From: Vicugna vicugna
Lineage: Eukaryota
Reading direction: 5' to 3'
DNA: 64,000 nucleotides
NCBI GenBank assembly: GCA_013265495.1
Contig: MU057744.1
Span: 434,001 to 498,000 of the forward strand
Shown piece by piece: positions 61,021 to 64,000 of this stretch. The notes beneath the pieces were generated by a model that saw nothing but the letters and a program-made list of their open reading frames with translations, did not search any database and was not told the origin of the DNA. The translations under genes and the position numbers were made by a program. The number at the start of each line of letters is the position of its first letter. The stretch's first letter is position 1.

Positions 61021-62609
61021 ATATCTCAATAAAACTAGAAAAAATGTAAAAATAAGTCATAAAATCTAAAAAAACTGTTTCATTTCAGATGTTGCATGTT
61101 TATCTCTAGAAGTTCCATCATCTTCCATTGTTCTCGTTAGAGTTGTCTTCCTTTACTCCTGAGCGTACTGAGCATGTTTATATAAATAGATATTTTATTA
61201 TCCTACTCTGTGAATTCCATTCTTTCTTTTCTTATTCTGTTTCCATCAAATGAGTTTTCTACTGTTTTGGGTCACATTTTCTTATTTCTTGCCGTGTCTA
61301 GTCATTTTTAATTGGATGCTAGACACTGTAAATGCCTGTTGTGTGCCTAGATTTTGTTGATGTAAAGAGTAGGCTTGGTCCTGGCAGCAGCTCAGTTAGT
61401 TATGGATCAGTCTGACACTTTGCGTACTTATTGTGAAGGACTGTAGCCTTTACTTTAGGATGAGCTTAGCCTTCTTACTACGGTATGATTCTTCTGAGGT
61501 CTCAGTTGGATGCCTGTGTGTTCAGTGAACTCTTCCCCTCAGACTGGCTGGAGCTCAAGTGTACCCCAGCCCCCTGGGAGCTCTGGACATTCTTTGCTCA
61601 GACCTGTGGTGGTTTATCTTAGGCACAAATGACTCAGCGTTCAGCCAGAGGCTCCCGGGGCTCCACAGACAGGAACCTGGTTCTCTTTGGGCAGAAAACG
61701 TAGGGTGCTCTGTGCCCCAGATTCCAGTTTCTCAGCCTCCTTAGCTCTAACCACAGATCCTCACCTCAGCAAGACTTCCTCACTCTTAGGGTGCCCTTCT
61801 GCACTGTGGCTTGTAGCGCCCCCAGGCAGAAAGCTGAGGCAGCGGCAGGATTCACTTAGTTTGCAGCCTCCTTCTCGTGGCTCACAGACCCGGGCTGTGT
61901 TGTTTGGCACATCACCTCCAGTTTCCAGTTGTTTCGGACGGCAGGGTGAGTCTGAGCCCAGTTTCCCCAAGGTGGGCAGAAGCAGTTCTTGGCCTGTCTT
62001 TTCAGTTTAATTTCCCCCCATTCCCTGACTTTCATGTGTGTCCCCGACACACTGACCACTTCCACTGCTTGCTTTCTTACACCTTTGAGTCCTGGCAATG
62101 CTGGTTTCCTTCTGCCCTGGCCCAAGTCTAGAAAATTTCTGTTTTCTTTAAGATTTGGCTAAATCACTAGCATCTTTGGGAAACTGGGCCCATTTGCTCC
62201 TCTGCTTCTCATTTTAGTCTGACCTATAAAACCTATATTATGAAACATACTTCATAGTGTCACAATTAAAAAGAAAAAATCACCTCTCTCTCCACCATGC
62301 TATGAGTTCTTTAAGAGCCCATCTCATAAACATTTGTGTCTGGTATGTTGTAGAGGCTCAAAAAACATTAAATGGGACCTTATGTTTAGTGGGACATCAA
62401 GAAAAACTGTGTGCTTATTAATCTGCTTAATTTTAAATATTTTAAAGAATGTGGCGAGGGCAGCTTGGTGTATGACTGGTTCCACTTAGAGGAAGAATTA
62501 CAGAAAGCCTTGGCTTTTGAACATTTTTCCTGAATAACGAGTTTTCAAGGATCAGTTGATAGAGTGATCATTAAAAACTGCAAAAATACTGTCTGATATG
62601 GAGTGATTT

Positions 62610-63012
62610 TGTTACGGAAATGACAGGCCAGCCAAGAAACAAGCACCACTCGGAGGGTTGGAGTACTCAGATTTATTACGCCGGCGGGCTCAGAGGGGCT
62701 TCTGCTCCGAAGCTCTGAGCACCTCCAAGACGTGCACATGACATGAATTGTTGAGCTTGGATTTACGAGTTAGCTTGTTAGCCCAGTAAACTGACACTAA
62801 ACTTTAGATTTACAAGTTAGCCCGGCAGAACTTATATCAGTAAACCGACACTTATCACACTTAGATTTGTGACTGAGCTCGTTAGCCCAATAGACTGACA
62901 CTAAACTTCAGATTTATGAGTTAGCCCAGCAGAACTCAGATCAGTAATCCGACACTTGTTGCACTTAGATTTGTGACTTAGCTTGTTAGCCCAGCTGGGC
63001 TTTTCCTTCACA
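62610..63012 (-). mobile_element. Solo LTR, family B (ERV1-like)
   Basis: TG...CA termini, 4-bp TSD ATTT (62606-62609 / 63013-63016), minus-strand AATAAA near 62675. Confidence 0.88.
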
Positions 63013-63519
63013 ATTTATTGCACAGAGAAAATACAAGGGTTTTCAGATTGAGAGAGACTCATTACTTATGGCACAATTCATCTCTTGAGTGATAACTACG
63101 TTTGGGGCCTTAAACAGGGGTCTAACTGAGCCATTCTGGGTGGATCTGCCAGGAACTGTTGTGATCCCTGGATGGACATGTGTACACAGCCCTGTCATTC
63201 TTATCCTATTTTTATATTTGTATAATAATTATCCTGAGATAAACATGGAGGAACTGTGATCTACTGACACACAGGACGAGAAAGAAAGAGACTCCTCAGG
63301 GGAAGTCAAGTAAGTTCACACCAAGGTAGGGAGTTTCTCAGCAAAGAAGAAGCTTGAGGAAATGTAAGTGAAGATAACCCAAGTGTGGGCTTCAGGCCCT
63401 GTGAAAGATGTTATCCAAAGACCGGGGAAGTAACCTAGGACTCAGTAGTTTGTTTTGAGTTAGGAAGTTTTCTTAAAAACAAAGAAACAAACAAATGAGA
63501 CATACAGTGTCCGTGCATC

Positions 63520-63620
63520 TGTCCACCTACCCATCCATCCATCCATCCATCCACCCATACTCCCATCTGTCCCTCCATCCATTCACCCATAGACCCATCT
63601 ATACACCCATCCATTCATCT
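63520..63620. repeat. Degenerate (CCAT)n repeat
   Basis: Read directly. Confidence 0.85.
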
Positions 63621-64000
63621 TTCTTTCCCAGCATATACCTAATTGACTCTATTCCAATGATACTGTAATAAGCTGCTCAAAACATTCAGAATTTCCTCTT
63701 TTGGAACTACCTGCAGAATCACACTTTTTTCTTTTTTACTACCTTGTAATTGTACTTTGTTTTTGACTAAAACAATTATCACATATTTTATTTATCAGAT
63801 TCAGCTCTGAATGACTTTGTTTTCAAAACGCATATACGTTCACGGGAGAAAGATTTCCCAACATTGAGAATATTCAAAATAGTCAATTGTAATCGCTGAA
63901 AGAAATTTAACATCCAGAAATGCGGTAGAAAAGAGACCGCAGGTCTACAGAAAGCAATGGGCAAGAGGACGGCTCACTCAGGGGCACCAGTGTAAAGCAC

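Noticed and set aside
62756..62995. CRISPR-like repeat-spacer array
   Set aside because: Mammalian DNA; the spacers themselves repeat (A-B-A-B) and lie inside a TSD-flanked LTR.
63331..63438. Peptide EFLSKEEA*GNVSEDNPSVGFRPCERCYP resembling the Ada zinc-binding motif GFRPCxRC
   Set aside because: In-frame stop, wrong spacing, no upstream Cys pair and no exon structure; probably chance or a decayed transposon fragment. A tBLASTn/Dfam search would settle it.
57800..64000. Exons of a neighbouring gene (LYST is the expected neighbour by human synteny)
   Set aside because: No recognisable exon or peptide; the segment is mostly LTR and L1.

Overview
Mammalian genomic DNA, very probably a camelid, judged from about 16 copies of a tRNA-Ala-like SINE matching the camelid Vic-1 type and no ruminant or pig SINEs seen. 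The window holds one protein-coding gene, GNG4 (G-protein gamma-4), on the minus strand. It has two coding exons (30300-30398 and 14306-14434) that splice in frame to a 75-aa protein ending in the CaaX motif CTIL. A CpG-island promoter and first exon lie at about 56.2-57.3 kb, a likely non-coding exon at 35955-36062, and a probable ~3.3 kb 3'UTR ends near 11.0 kb. The rest is intronic or intergenic and rich in repeats: L1s of several ages (often nested), ERV1 and MaLR LTRs, MIR, Tigger and MER5 relics, microsatellites, three near-perfect tandem duplications and a 66-N gap. Nearly all ORFs in the track are spurious or L1-derived. I found no convincing new biological system. The best leads are regulatory or evolutionary: a possible overlapping uORF, a poly(A) signal apparently donated by an old L1, a split REST/RE1-like site, paired NRF1 sites, and LTR/L1 structural oddities. 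Repeat family names come from recognition by eye and need RepeatMasker/Dfam confirmation; repeat boundaries are approximate unless TSDs are given.
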